Under the pieces are notes generated by a model. The model had not been told where the DNA came from. It saw nothing but the letters and a program-made list of their open reading frames with translations, and searched no databases. A stretch of DNA of 64,000 nucleotides, taken from positions 1,798,001 to 1,862,000 of the forward strand of contig CM030337.1 of assembly GCA_017654855.1 (NCBI GenBank), read 5' to 3'. This stretch comes from Podospora anserina. Its lineage: Eukaryota. A program made the position numbers and the translations under genes. Shown piece by piece: positions 13,084 to 23,402 of this stretch; positions within the stretch are counted from its first letter, which is position 1; each line of letters starts with the position of its first letter.

Positions 13084-14220
13084 ATGCAGCTCCCCAAAGT
13101 CCTGACAGCAATCTTCTACTTCTTCCTCAAAGTCCAGGCCGTCCTCCTTCCCGTCCCTCACACGCCCTACCTCGCCAGATGGACAACCTCAGAACTCATC
13201 AACCATGGGTTCCCAGACCCATTCAACACATCCCACACCCGCCGAATCATGATCTCGCGCTACACCCCAGTTCGAAGACGAGACTGTCTTGAAATCTGCC
13301 GGCTTCCTTACATGCCTGAATTCATCGCCTCGGTAGAGGATGAGATCTTCCAGGCCGACATGGGCGACACACCCTGGCCACGAGGCGTGCTTGCTTCGCT
13401 AGAGGTGAAGATGTGCTGCAAGGAGAGACGACGTGACCATCACGACAAACCACGCCCGCTTCTTCTCCTCGGTCCCGGCCTCAACACAACACGGTATTGG
13501 TACTCGGGCATGGGGCAGAGTCTCGCTGGGATGGGCTTTGAAGTCGTGGTGATGGACCACCCTTACGAGACGGACGTGGTGCAATACCCTGATGGCACCG
13601 TCATTTACGGGGGACGGGTTCCTGCGGATGCGGAGGCTGTGGAGGAGTTGAGGTTTGCGTTGGAGGTTAGGGCGAAGGATGCGACTCTTGTTCTTGACTG
13701 GCTCAAGGTTCCTAAATCAGCCAAGGTTGGCTTTGTGGGGAGTTCGTTTGGTGGACCGGCTGCTGCTGTGGCGATGAGGCGGGATGGGAGGATTGCTGCG
13801 GGGGTTAATCTTGATGGGGGTATGTTTGGTGCTGGGGTTGCTGAGGGTGGGGCGGTGAGGCCGTTTTTGATTTTCGGGGCAGATGGGCATAATACTACAA
13901 CTGATGAGACTTGGGGACGGTTTTGGGATGCTACTGCGGAGAGGAGGCCTGGGTTGTGGATGAAGGAGTTGAGTGTGGTTAATGCGACGCATAGGACGTT
14001 TTTGGACTTTTCGTTGGTTGGGGAGGTTAGTGAGGAGTTGAGGAGGGTTGGGTTCGGAGGTGTGGTTAGTGGGGTTTGGGCGATGGAGATGATGACGGAG
14101 TATTTGGCGGATTTTTTTCGGTTTGCGTTGATGGGGAAGGGGGAGGGGTTGCTTGCTGGGGAGAGTGGGAGGTTTCCTGAGGTGAAGTTTTTGAGATCGC
14201 AGGGGACACAACCACTGTAA
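13084..14220 (+). CDS. secreted PAF-acetylhydrolase-like alpha/beta hydrolase
   Basis: Signal peptide; LLGPGLNTTR, VVMDHPYE, GSSFGG nucleophile, GVNLDG, H-x-T-F-L-D; single exon, 378 aa. Confidence 0.85.
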   Translation: MQLPKVLTAIFYFFLKVQAVLLPVPHTPYLARWTTSELINHGFPDPFNTSHTRRIMISRYTPVRRRDCLEICRLPYMPEFIASVEDEIFQADMGDTPWPRGVLASLEVKMCCKERRRDHHDKPRPLLLLGPGLNTTRYWYSGMGQSLAGMGFEVVVMDHPYETDVVQYPDGTVIYGGRVPADAEAVEELRFALEVRAKDATLVLDWLKVPKSAKVGFVGSSFGGPAAAVAMRRDGRIAAGVNLDGGMFGAGVAEGGAVRPFLIFGADGHNTTTDETWGRFWDATAERRPGLWMKELSVVNATHRTFLDFSLVGEVSEELRRVGFGGVVSGVWAMEMMTEYLADFFRFALMGKGEGLLAGESGRFPEVKFLRSQGTQPL

Positions 14221-14553
14221 TATGGTCAATATTTACTCTACCAATGTTCAAAGGAGCACGTTAGGAATAGTTACACAGACCAATAAACCTAGGTACTCGA
14301 CGAAGGCTTGCTGAACCTCCGACCTCCGCTCAGTCTCCCGCCAGCCATTTACATCAGCGCATGTGTTACACAACCCCAATATCGCACGGCAATCACTTTC
14401 TTGTTATACCAAGCAGGTCACGTTGTGCTGTCATGTAATGTTCAAGCTCACCGCCTACCTATTAATTCGTCGGGCGTCATTGGGCTTCATCAAAAGTCTC
14501 CCACTCAACAACCAACATCTCGAAGGACCGAAACTAAGACGATACAAAAAAAT

Positions 14554-15055
14554 ATGGAGCTATACCGCTGTTTATCGCTTCCCGATTTCCTCTATCGGGT
14601 CCAATACGTAGGGACTAAAACCGAAGAAGACTCGAATGGTGGACTCATGGCTCAGCACCGTGTACCCCGCAGGGGCTTTGGACGATAAGGACTTCAAACA
14701 AGCAGTTTACAACCAATTCGACTGGGATTATAAAGGCCGCACTCCCTTCATTTCCTGCTTTTCAGACAAAGACTTCGCCATCAAGTGGGCCTGTAAAATC
14801 ATGAGATCTTCACGGAGATGTTCACAGAAAAAGGAGTGGACCCTTTTTACTATCGACACTTGGCTTCTTTCGCACTCTGTCTATGTTTACAAACTGAGCA
14901 GATTCATCGACTATATGGATATTCGGACTCCCGGTAGGGCGGAGGAAGTTTACAAACCAGGGGCCTATATCTGTTTACATAGCATTCCTTCTGACGCAAT
15001 TGTTGAGGCAGAGAAATGGATGAATCCTCGCGGAGCATCAAAATCCCCTCTATAG
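14554..15055 (+). pseudogene. DUF7587-like / ART-like protein, copy 2 (frameshift near 14650)
   Basis: MELYRCLSLPDFLYRVQYVG...GGLMA in one frame continues as STVYPAGALDDKDFKQAVYNQFDW...TPFISCFSD...WA...TIDT...GAYICLHSIPSDAI in another; a GTAAGT donor follows the stop. Confidence 0.7.
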
Positions 15056-17548
15056 GTAAGTATCTTGCCCTTAAATAGATGCATCTAAATGTGGTCGCTA
15101 ACCCATCCGTTACTTTACAGTGCCATCATGTCGTCCAAGCAACACCAATATGGTCGAATATCGGGATGATCAGATAGCAAAGGATTCTGAGTAGATGGAG
15201 AAGCATACTAGACTTTTCGAATCGTTGTCGAGATTTCTGACGTCTCTCTCTCTCTTGAACTACGCAAAACGACACATTCTCTTTCATCATCTTCAGACAA
15301 TGTACTTCATTTGATGGATATGGAGAAGCGGCCCTCGCTCCCGAACGCCATGACCATGGTTGCCGAAGCTCTTGAGTCTTGGGGCTCTGTGTTGGGTGTT
15401 GTTACCAAGGATAACAACAAGAAGACTTGGGGGGAAATTCTCGAGGAAGTGACACAAGGTCTGGAGCCCGTTGTTCCAAGGTTAGACGAAGCAAGACCTT
15501 GTTGGGGAGTATCTGAGGAGTCTGTGGATCTTACCCTTGGCATGGGGAGGGGGGGGGGCTCTCTTTGGAAACACATGATGCGTGAGTCTCAGATATACAT
15601 CGGAGACTGTGAAATATATGGGAGTCCACCGACACAGGGACTCATCACATTCACTTGTATGTAGTCCGCAATACTTTCAGCTCAGCGTCTCTTTTTTGAT
15701 GTATCATTTTCATAATCGAAGCTTAATTTGATAGAGCTGTGGTTAATGTTGTTAGAAACACGAGTGATGGCCAGCGTCGAGTCCAGTTTGGATTAGATCC
15801 TTGTGATCAACAGTGACAGGATCATCAGGAGACCGCTCCACTTAAATTTGCAACTCATGCAGGTACAGGTACTCGGTTACGGGCTCAACACGAAATACGG
15901 ACTCGAGACTAACGTGCGGCGCAGTAGATGCAGGCGATGTCCGCCTATCTAGGTGCATATCCCGAACTTGGGGCTGATATCAATACCTGTAGTTTGTCGT
16001 GCTGAGATCTGCTTCTGACTAGGTAGTTACCTCATTCCAGCCCGCTTGCATCCTCCATTTTAAGGTATGTCAATTTTCACATCGGTCCCCGGTAGGGGTC
16101 TTTTTTGGCCTGTTCATATATGTTCCCTCTTCCTCTTTCGAACATTGCCGGCACATACTCCGTCAAACGTCTGATGCATGATGATAGCTCGCCTTGTTCT
16201 CAAATTCGCTGTGTAATGGGGCTGTGAGTTCAGAGAGCGACATTGCAACATTCTCCACTATCATGGCAACATTCATTGACCATGGCCATGTAATGAGCTC
16301 CCCTGCAGATATAGCTTGCAACTGTCTTAGCGGGTGCAACCTTACAAGAAATACTTCGTGTCGTGGGTGCAAGTCCCTGAAATGCCCCACGGACGGTTTA
16401 TGTTTTATGTAACGGTCCCCTGCAAAGATGGCTAATCAAAACATGGATCGTGGTGCAGTTGGTTGCACAAGTTCTTCAGCGTCTGCACCATGCATGAGTG
16501 GATTGGTAGTGTCAAACAACCAACTGAATTCCGGATTAGATCCGGTGGCTTGGTGCTGGGAATAGCAGGCTGGATACCCTGCCGGGTCGAACGCATACAG
16601 GGTCACCCGACGTCGTTGGCGTTATAATTGATTATAGCGGAGCCACCAACGCATGGTTCTTTTCGCGACTGTAGGATTACAATCTAAATAGTTGCATCCT
16701 TCTACCATGTAGCTAGTTGTGATGGAGATGCTGCTTGCTAGCGCTGACGAGTTTGAAGAGCCTTGCCAGTAACAATTGGTGATAAGTTTTTGATCCCGCT
16801 GTAGTCTATGTCGAAGACGCACCATGGAATCAATACCTCAGTACCTTAGGTAAAATAGCCAAACGATACTCCGCCTGCTAACCTTTGACAGTTACGACCT
16901 CCCGTAACGTTCTCCAATGCTGTCTTCAGTAGATATCTAAACAGCCCAAACTGTGATGTACCAAATGGTCACGGAGCTCAGTTGTCATCCCAGGAGTCTC
17001 TCCCAGACATACAAATGAGAGCTCTTTCCGTTGCTACATCCGAAAGCTGTTGGCGATTGTTTCTGGGATACAATGGTCCTAGACTGATGATCCTAGTTGA
17101 TGAAGGAGCATAGATACTTGCCTTCCGATCCACTTTACTGAACACCGGCCTGTTGTTGGTCGAACTGTCGAGTAGACGAAGGCCATTTATCCTTGCAAGA
17201 CTTCGTTGGCAGGTGTTCTACGCTTAGGGACCCTGTCTAGTCAAGGACCAAAATACGACTCTCCCATCTCGAGGCCAAGTGGACTTAGGCGATGGACGTA
17301 CCTCAAGGTGATGTGAACGCCAGCCAATTCTTCTATAAAGACAGCAGTCCAATCTCTCAAAACACTCTTCTCTCTTCATCCCTCAGATCATCACATCCAT
17401 CTATTCTCATCCATCTTCACAGCCCAACTCCAAACCACACCATCGCCTCAATCCCAGGTCAACACCTCAGGTTCGTCTTAGCCCATTCCCACACCTCAGC
17501 CCGCAGCTCGCTTTCTTCTAACCACTGCTCTCATCCACAGCCGTCAAA

Positions 17549-17890
17549 ATGATGTTCAAGCCCTCCACCGTTCTCTACGCCGTTCTCGGCCTCGCCACCT
17601 TTGGCAACGCCGCTGCCGTCCCTGCCGAGGACACCACCGCTGCCGCCCCCCTCGAGAAGCGCGTCTGGCTCAGCAACTTTGACATGCAGGCTCTCTGCAG
17701 GCAGCAAGTCCACAACGCCGCGTCTGCCATTCGCAAGGGCAACAAGTGCCAGGATTGGAGGTGCATCTACAACAACGTGGAATATCATGCCAACATGGCA
17801 CTGTACTGCTCCGACAAGCACGGTACTCAGGCGTATGCTGCCTGCGGTGGTGGCACCGTCTGGGATTGGCAGTGCCACGATCGCAACTAA
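17549..17890 (+). CDS. small secreted Cys-rich prepro-peptide with internal tandem duplication
   Basis: Signal peptide, pro-region ending LEKR (Kex2), 75-aa mature peptide with 6 Cys; strong C-ending codon bias; TATA-like TATAAA near 17334. Confidence 0.85.
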   Translation: MMFKPSTVLYAVLGLATFGNAAAVPAEDTTAAAPLEKRVWLSNFDMQALCRQQVHNAASAIRKGNKCQDWRCIYNNVEYHANMALYCSDKHGTQAYAACGGGTVWDWQCHDRN

Positions 17891-18345
17891 GCGCGCGGCC
17901 TGGTCCTGAACTGACGGTTGCTCAACAATCAGCGGGTTGGTTGGAACAGTTGGAAAGGGATGTTGCGGGGTTTCAAGTGTTTCGGTTCGACAGATGTTTG
18001 TTTTGCTGGGAGATATCGGTGTTTCTTCTATTTGTGATATATCATAGGGAGATTTGTACTTAGCCTCTGGTGCAGATGGAACTGATTTATCTGTCTTGTT
18101 TATTGTGCCTGGCTGTCTTTCTGTTCTTGAATTGTCGGTGTTTTTTTCGTGACTTCCTTATCGGTGGGGTCTGATGATGATTGCACCTACCTTGTGGGTA
18201 GCTGTCTCTTACATTGCTTTTAATCCTTCAGGTCCAGTTATTTAGGCAGCAGCTCTACTTCCCCTCTTTCTAATCAGCTTTCACTTCATTTGACACACAA
18301 CAATCGCAGCATCTTATCCAGTGTACCTCAATCCAGCAATTCAAT

Positions 18346-19220
18346 ATGGAGGTGTATTATGGAATCAACACTGAAAACAGGGATAATACTATCTGGTCAA
18401 CCCGAAGACTATATCTTCGTCTCTTAGAAACCTTCCCCAAATTTGTCCACGACTTCCAAGCGAAGTGGAACGACTGGCATCAAGCTGTCTCGGCTGACGA
18501 GTTCGTATCCATCCCTAGCATCCATTCTATCCATTTGCTAACGTAAGGTAACCCGCAGCTCATCAACATGGTCGTCAGTCCCTTCCTTCACAGCCCTCAC
18601 CGCACTCGGTCCCCAGATCATACCTCTCGTCGTCTACCAGTTGGCTCTTGACCAAAACGACAAGACGGCCGTACATCTCTGTACCTTTATTCCCTACTTC
18701 CCTCGCGCGAGCCCTCGTGACACTGACGTATGATGCTGCTCCCCCTCGCGATGTAGACTTAGCCCTGGGACCTGACAGCTCCTACCTACTTGACGTTCTC
18801 GAAAATGAAAATTCCCCTGGGTTGCAGATCTTGCGCGCCTCCTTCGACCGCAACAGGGCGGTACGCAACGCTCTCGCCGACTGGGCCGAATATTGCGAGC
18901 GAGTTTCCCGCCACAGCTCGTCAAGCATATATACCGAGTGTGCTGAGTATGAGACCTTGGTCAACTTTGGGGAGAGTATTATCCCGCATGTAATGTTGCA
19001 ATATGCGAACGATATCAAAGTCCAGATTGAACCAAATGCGGTCTCACGTGCGAGTGGTATTGGCCGGGGTGTGCTGTTCTGGTATGAGCTGCTTCATGAG
19101 CTGGTGTGGGGCTGTAAGACGGGGGGGCAGACGTGGGTGTTTGAGGATGTGTATAATCGGTGGGAGGGGTGGTTTCAGGGGGGAAGTGGTGTTGGAGGGG
19201 CGCCTAGGTATCGTGGGTAG
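18346..19220 (+). CDS. hypothetical intracellular alpha-helical protein with a duplicated module (2 introns)
   Basis: Spliced product MEVYYG...FQAKWNDW...SSTWSSVPSFTALTALGPQIIPLVVYQLALD...LADWAEYC...SSSSIYTECAEYETLVNFGESIIPHVMLQYAND...FWYELLHELVWG. Confidence 0.7.
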
Positions 19221-19762
19221 GGTGCTTGATGGAGAGGTATACTTGGTCATTCTCCCTCGGCCGTTAGAGTCCGTTGGTTGGTTTTTCTTGCTTAAAATGG
19301 CAGATCGTCCCATATTTATACTGAAAGACTGTCTTGGCCTTTGTGGTATTGGACATGGATAGACATGGAGTCAGTTTGGGTCTCTGTTGGTTGTGTTACC
19401 TGCACCTAAGGAATTGCTTCTGATCATCTCAAAGGATAGGGGTTCTATGTTACCGAAAATGGTCAACCCTCACCTGTCAGAGTGACCTACCCTGGCTGTA
19501 TTATGTCCGGAATATTCCGCGGACTGTTTCCTCCGGATGGTGCTACAGTGACGTCGGGGTGCATCGCGCCCACCATTCACATCCAGGTACCTGTTACACG
19601 ACTTGAGTAAGGCAGCCAGACTCTTTTCATAGGTTTATTGGATTCAATGTCCGCACAGCCATGCGATGCTCAACTCCTTAAAAGCCCCGTCATGCTTGGC
19701 ATTGGGTTCTGATGAATCCTTCCCTCTGACAACCAAGATCTTCATAGCTGCCAACACCGACT

Positions 19763-20466
19763 ATGGATCCACGTTGGTATCATTGCTGTGAGCCGATTTT
19801 CCATCAGAGATTTACCGAGTCCAATATCAAGGGAGCCAAATCGATTACACCTCTGAAGGCTTGAAGGCTGCCAAAACCACCAGCTACAGGAACTCAAGCG
19901 CCGGCCAATCTCAGTTCACACGGGATGTTCAAAGCCACTTTACATGGGGCTATCATCGACCCTCCCCATTCATCTCGTTCTTTTCGGACAAAGACTATGC
20001 TGAGAACTGGGCTTGCAGTGAAGCCTGGCGTAAAGGCAAGCCTGTCGAAGAAAAGTGGACTCTCCTGACCATCGATACCTCGAGACTTTTTGAGGAAAAC
20101 GTCTACTTATTCAAGCTTGGCACGCTGGTCGAGGAGTTCAAGTTGGAGATACCAAATGGAGCACAGAAGCATATCCGACATGCGTACATTTGCCTAAACA
20201 AGATTCCGATTACCGCGATAACGAAGGAGAGGAACCCCAATGAGGTCAAAGAGGGTGAGCGAATGGATTGATCTCATCACTCTTATAATAGTTGCTGACT
20301 GAAGGCTGCAGATCGTAGGATAGCGAAACTGGAGGTTAAAATACAGGCTGATATAGAGGCTGACGCGAGGGCGGAAACATACTTCGGTTATGATAGTGAC
20401 GACTCAGCGATTGTGAACAACTGCAACGACAACATCATGAGGATCATTGAGGGGGACTGGGATTGA
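19763..20466 (+). pseudogene. DUF7587-like / ART-like protein, copy 3 (frameshift near 19790; intron 20255-20311)
   Basis: MDPRWYHCC is out of frame with ADFPSEIYRVQYQG...GLKAAK...HFTW...PSPFISFFSD...WA...TIDT...AYICLNKIPITAI; exon 2 ends YDSDDS...IMRIIEGDWD*. Confidence 0.7.
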
Positions 20467-20884
20467 GATGGTTGGCCCAACTTCCAAGACCCCCACCCCG
20501 CTTATCTTATCCTAGCTTCGCAAGCCTCTCCGCGGGCATGTCCAATCATCTTTTAGCGTCTGGAACAGGGGTGGTTCTGCGCGTCCGGGCCGACCCTGTA
20601 ATGCCCCGCCGCACCTGCACTCTGATGCAGCCGCCGTACCATCCATTCCTCACACGCCAGTCCATCTCGAAACACTTCTTCCCCAAACACATAACCTCCG
20701 TTCTCATCGCCATGGCCCGCACTCGAGCTCAAACAGCGGCCCGAAGGGCGCTCCCATCGTCGGCGGTTGCATACATTTGAGGCATAGGTTGGTGAGACTC
20801 CTCTGCTGGCAAGTAAACCACCTGATCATAGGCCTTTGCTCGCAGTGTGGACGCAACCCTTGATGCCTTTCTTGACTTTCCCAG

Positions 20885-22014
20885 TTAATTTAAATGGTCC
20901 CAATTAGTAGGGGGTTTTTTGTGCTTGCAAGCTGTGGTTGATAATGTAAAATCTTTTAAGGAGCTGGAAGGACGGGTGGTTACTTCCACAGATCGGCCGG
21001 TCAGAGCAAATGCTGTATGGGATTTGCTGATTCCGATATCGTGGACCTGATAAGGGGTAAGCTTGGAAACGGTGGCACCAGTTAACAAGCACGTAGTGGA
21101 CGTAAGAACAATAACAACGGGTAACCTGAATAGGGATTAGAATACCTTCTGTAATAAAGACCATAAGCTCACCCTTCTAAACGTGCACATCTCGCCGGGG
21201 AAAGTATAAAGGCAGGACAGTTGATTGTGCCAAAGCTATGAAGAGTCGTGTTTTCAAGGTCTTCAAGCGAGTGATATAGGAGTGCACTGAATCGAACTGT
21301 GAACGGCGTAGTTGAACGAATTCCAAGAACATCTGTGCCGCGTTGATGCGGCCGGTCGTGTGTATGGTTTTCTCCACGAGGTCGAATGTAACTTTGGGGT
21401 CTTTCTCTATCATTTACCAGCCGTTATTTTTCAGAAGACTGATGATCTTTGGTTCCATCAGCGTTGTGCGAAGTATGTGCCGTGCCATGGCCCGTTCCTG
21501 ATGCCAGACTTTTGCCAGTGTGGCATCAGCCGGATCGGGCACGGTTTGAAGGACGTAATCATCTAAACCTTTAGCTTTAAGAGCATCAAGGAGACTTGAT
21601 TTCCATATTTCGTAGTTGTCTTCACCCGTAAGGAGGGGACAGAGATATCATGAAATTCTATACGCATTAAAGTCTATGTAAAACGTTCTCGTCGTTGGCG
21701 TAAGTATTTTAGAACGTAATTAGATGGCGTGATACATGGCGTTTAATCCAGCCGTTTATTAAAAGAGTGTAAAATTTATAAAAGATAGCGATGTAAAGCT
21801 AAGAGTTTAACAATTTAAGGTCAAAAGTTTAACGATTTAGGGTTAAAGATGTATAGCGATTTAAAGCCAATAAAATTGCCAAAGCAACGACTGGGTTGAT
21901 CTCATCTCGATTGTGTCTTCTCTAGGAGAAGTCTCTGCAGTCGCACTCAGGGAGAGTGCTGGCTGGGATGGCATAATTATGCGGAGGGTTAGGGTCTACT
22001 GTATCCCTCCAACA
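20885..22014 (-). mobile_element. degenerate Ty1/Copia-type LTR retrotransposon fragment (gag relic, RIP-like AT enrichment)
   Basis: Minus strand reads PLLTGEDNYEIWKSSLLDALKAKGLDDYV (frameshift) WHQERAMARHILRTTL...NNGW*MIEKDPK...FLEFVQLRRSQFDSVHSYITRLKTLKTRL, typical of Copia gag. 21660-21870 is TpA-rich. A possible LTR start TGTTGG lies at 22014. Confidence 0.7.
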
Positions 22015-23402
22015 ACATGTCTTGTACGCCTTTAAGGGCCCAATTGGTATATACTTAGTCTACATCATCCTGTTACTGAGGGACATTTTCCGTCCTGTTT
22101 AGAAAAGCTCGCGCTCATGGGGACTCGGACTCCTTACTATGCATTGACGTCTTCCGGCGTGGGAACTCGCAAATTACCAAAGGAGGAATTCGTCCTGAGT
22201 ATTATCTTCTCCCCTTGCTGATTTTGCACAACACTTTGGAGCCTCAAATCGTTTCACTTCGACCACTTTGCTATCTCTATATTTGGAGAACCTGAAAGTG
22301 TGCACTTGCTAAAAGTTTCTAAACTGGAAGACCAACCGACCCAAAGCAAGCTCTTGTGAACAATGGTACTCTCGCGTACATGCAACCTGTCAGTCTAACC
22401 TAGCGTACCTGCTTGACCACTCACAACCTGCCAGATTCACATACCCAAAATAGAATTATGAAGCGGGCTGGTGGCTGAGGTTTGGCGGAAGCAGAATAAG
22501 AAGGTGCAGGCGGACGGAGCAGGGCTCGGGATTTTCCCCTGCCAGCGGCATCATGCAAAATGCCGCGGTTGTGAGCCCCGCATAATTCTGCACAAAACCA
22601 CCATGCAAATCCTCCAAGGAAGTTACCATTATTCACGTAGCTCACGGCATCTCCGCCAAAAATGGTAACGTCCTTGCCCGGGCCTATCCAGTAACGTCAG
22701 TATATGGTGAAGTAGATAGCGATTGGAACGAAATGTCGACGTTTTGTGAGTATGTCCAGCGGTCTCCTCTCTGCCATTATAACGGGAATGACCGCGTTAA
22801 TTCCTTCCAAAGATGAAGTCTTGTCTCGACTTTTAGTGAAATGACATCAAAGGGCCGAACCACTTTAACCTGGCTCGCTCCCTAGCCCATCATTCCTTGT
22901 GACGTGATGGTAAAAAGCACTGCCTGCCCAATCGTGAAAGAAGTGCAGCTGACCCTCTTCCCTTTTGCCCCGCGGTGTTCCCTGCAAGGGTCCGGAAAAT
23001 CTGCCCCTGGTTTACCCCTGAGCACCTCAGGGTCACCTGTCTCTTAGAGACGGTTGCGACCATCTACTCCTCACCATGGACTTAGGTTCTAGATGTTCGG
23101 ATTTCATTAAGGGATATCCTTTCCAGTGTGTCATCGAGCATCGGTACTGATTCGCCGGTTGCTGAGCCTACTGGAATATATTTAAAGTTATAATCTTAAT
23201 ATGAATAGTAATTATAGAGGGTTTAATAACGGGCTACTGGTACGCCTAAGGAAAAAACGGAAGTTATGATTTGTTTTGGTTGTATAGCCGAATGGTCCTT
23301 GGACCCACTTTAGCTTAGGGTGATCCTCACTGCGCTCACCTTTTGCTTACCTTGTGAGACCAATACGGACTGAGCCAAAAATTTTGTCGGGTGTGACTAT
23401 AT

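Noticed and set aside
15311-16620. Short ORFs at 15311-15664 and a Cys-rich stretch at 16194-16560
   Set aside because: Possibly gene remnants, but interrupted by stops and with no family I can recognise.
23290-23335. Possible Tc1/mariner terminal inverted repeat (CAGTGAGGATC... on the minus strand)
   Set aside because: No flanking TA and no matching second TIR found.
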